Source: Octopus sinensis
Lineage: Eukaryota
Length of the DNA stretch: 20,796 nucleotides
Assembly (NCBI RefSeq): GCF_006345805.1
Contig: NW_021823851.1
Span: 1 to 20,796, forward strand
Direction of reading: 5' to 3'
The notes under the pieces were generated by a model. The model was not told where the DNA came from and searched no databases. It was given only the letters and a program-made list of their open reading frames with translations. This document shows, piece after piece, positions 20,626-20,796 of the stretch (its first letter is position 1; the number at the start of each line of letters is the position of its first letter). The position numbers and the translations under genes are program-made.

Positions 20626-20796
20626 GCGCATTCGTGTAATGTATAACATATAATAAATGAATTATTGAGATCTAAAACTCTAGAGTATGAAGCTGATATT
20701 TATTTTAATATATGTACATATAGATTGGTACTGTTTTCAAATATAATTAAATTTTCATATAATTTTTACTTTGCCAAATCTCATATATCGATCACT

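Overview
AT-rich, repeat-dense eukaryotic DNA, probably intronic or intergenic. It is most likely cephalopod (octopus-like); this is inferred from the SINE families and the extreme microsatellite load, not proven. No intact protein-coding gene is supported. Nearly all ORF-track entries are translations of microsatellites or SINEs. The window holds about 10 loci of a tRNA-headed SINE (single copies, a dimer, and tandem arrays of head-less units) and one tRNA-Arg-like SINE of a second family. It also holds a non-autonomous Helitron with canonical ends, a CR1/L2-group LINE endonuclease fragment, an R4/Dong-like LINE 3' end inside (AAT)n, and decayed Penelope-like RT fragments. A small (TA)n-associated repeat family, several (TA)n-associated palindromes and a degenerate hammerhead-like motif are also present. 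All family assignments come from motif recall and manual alignment; no database search was run. I did not find a clear-cut novel system. The best leads are the recurrent-junction SINE multimers, the (TA)n fold-back structures and the hammerhead-like motif.
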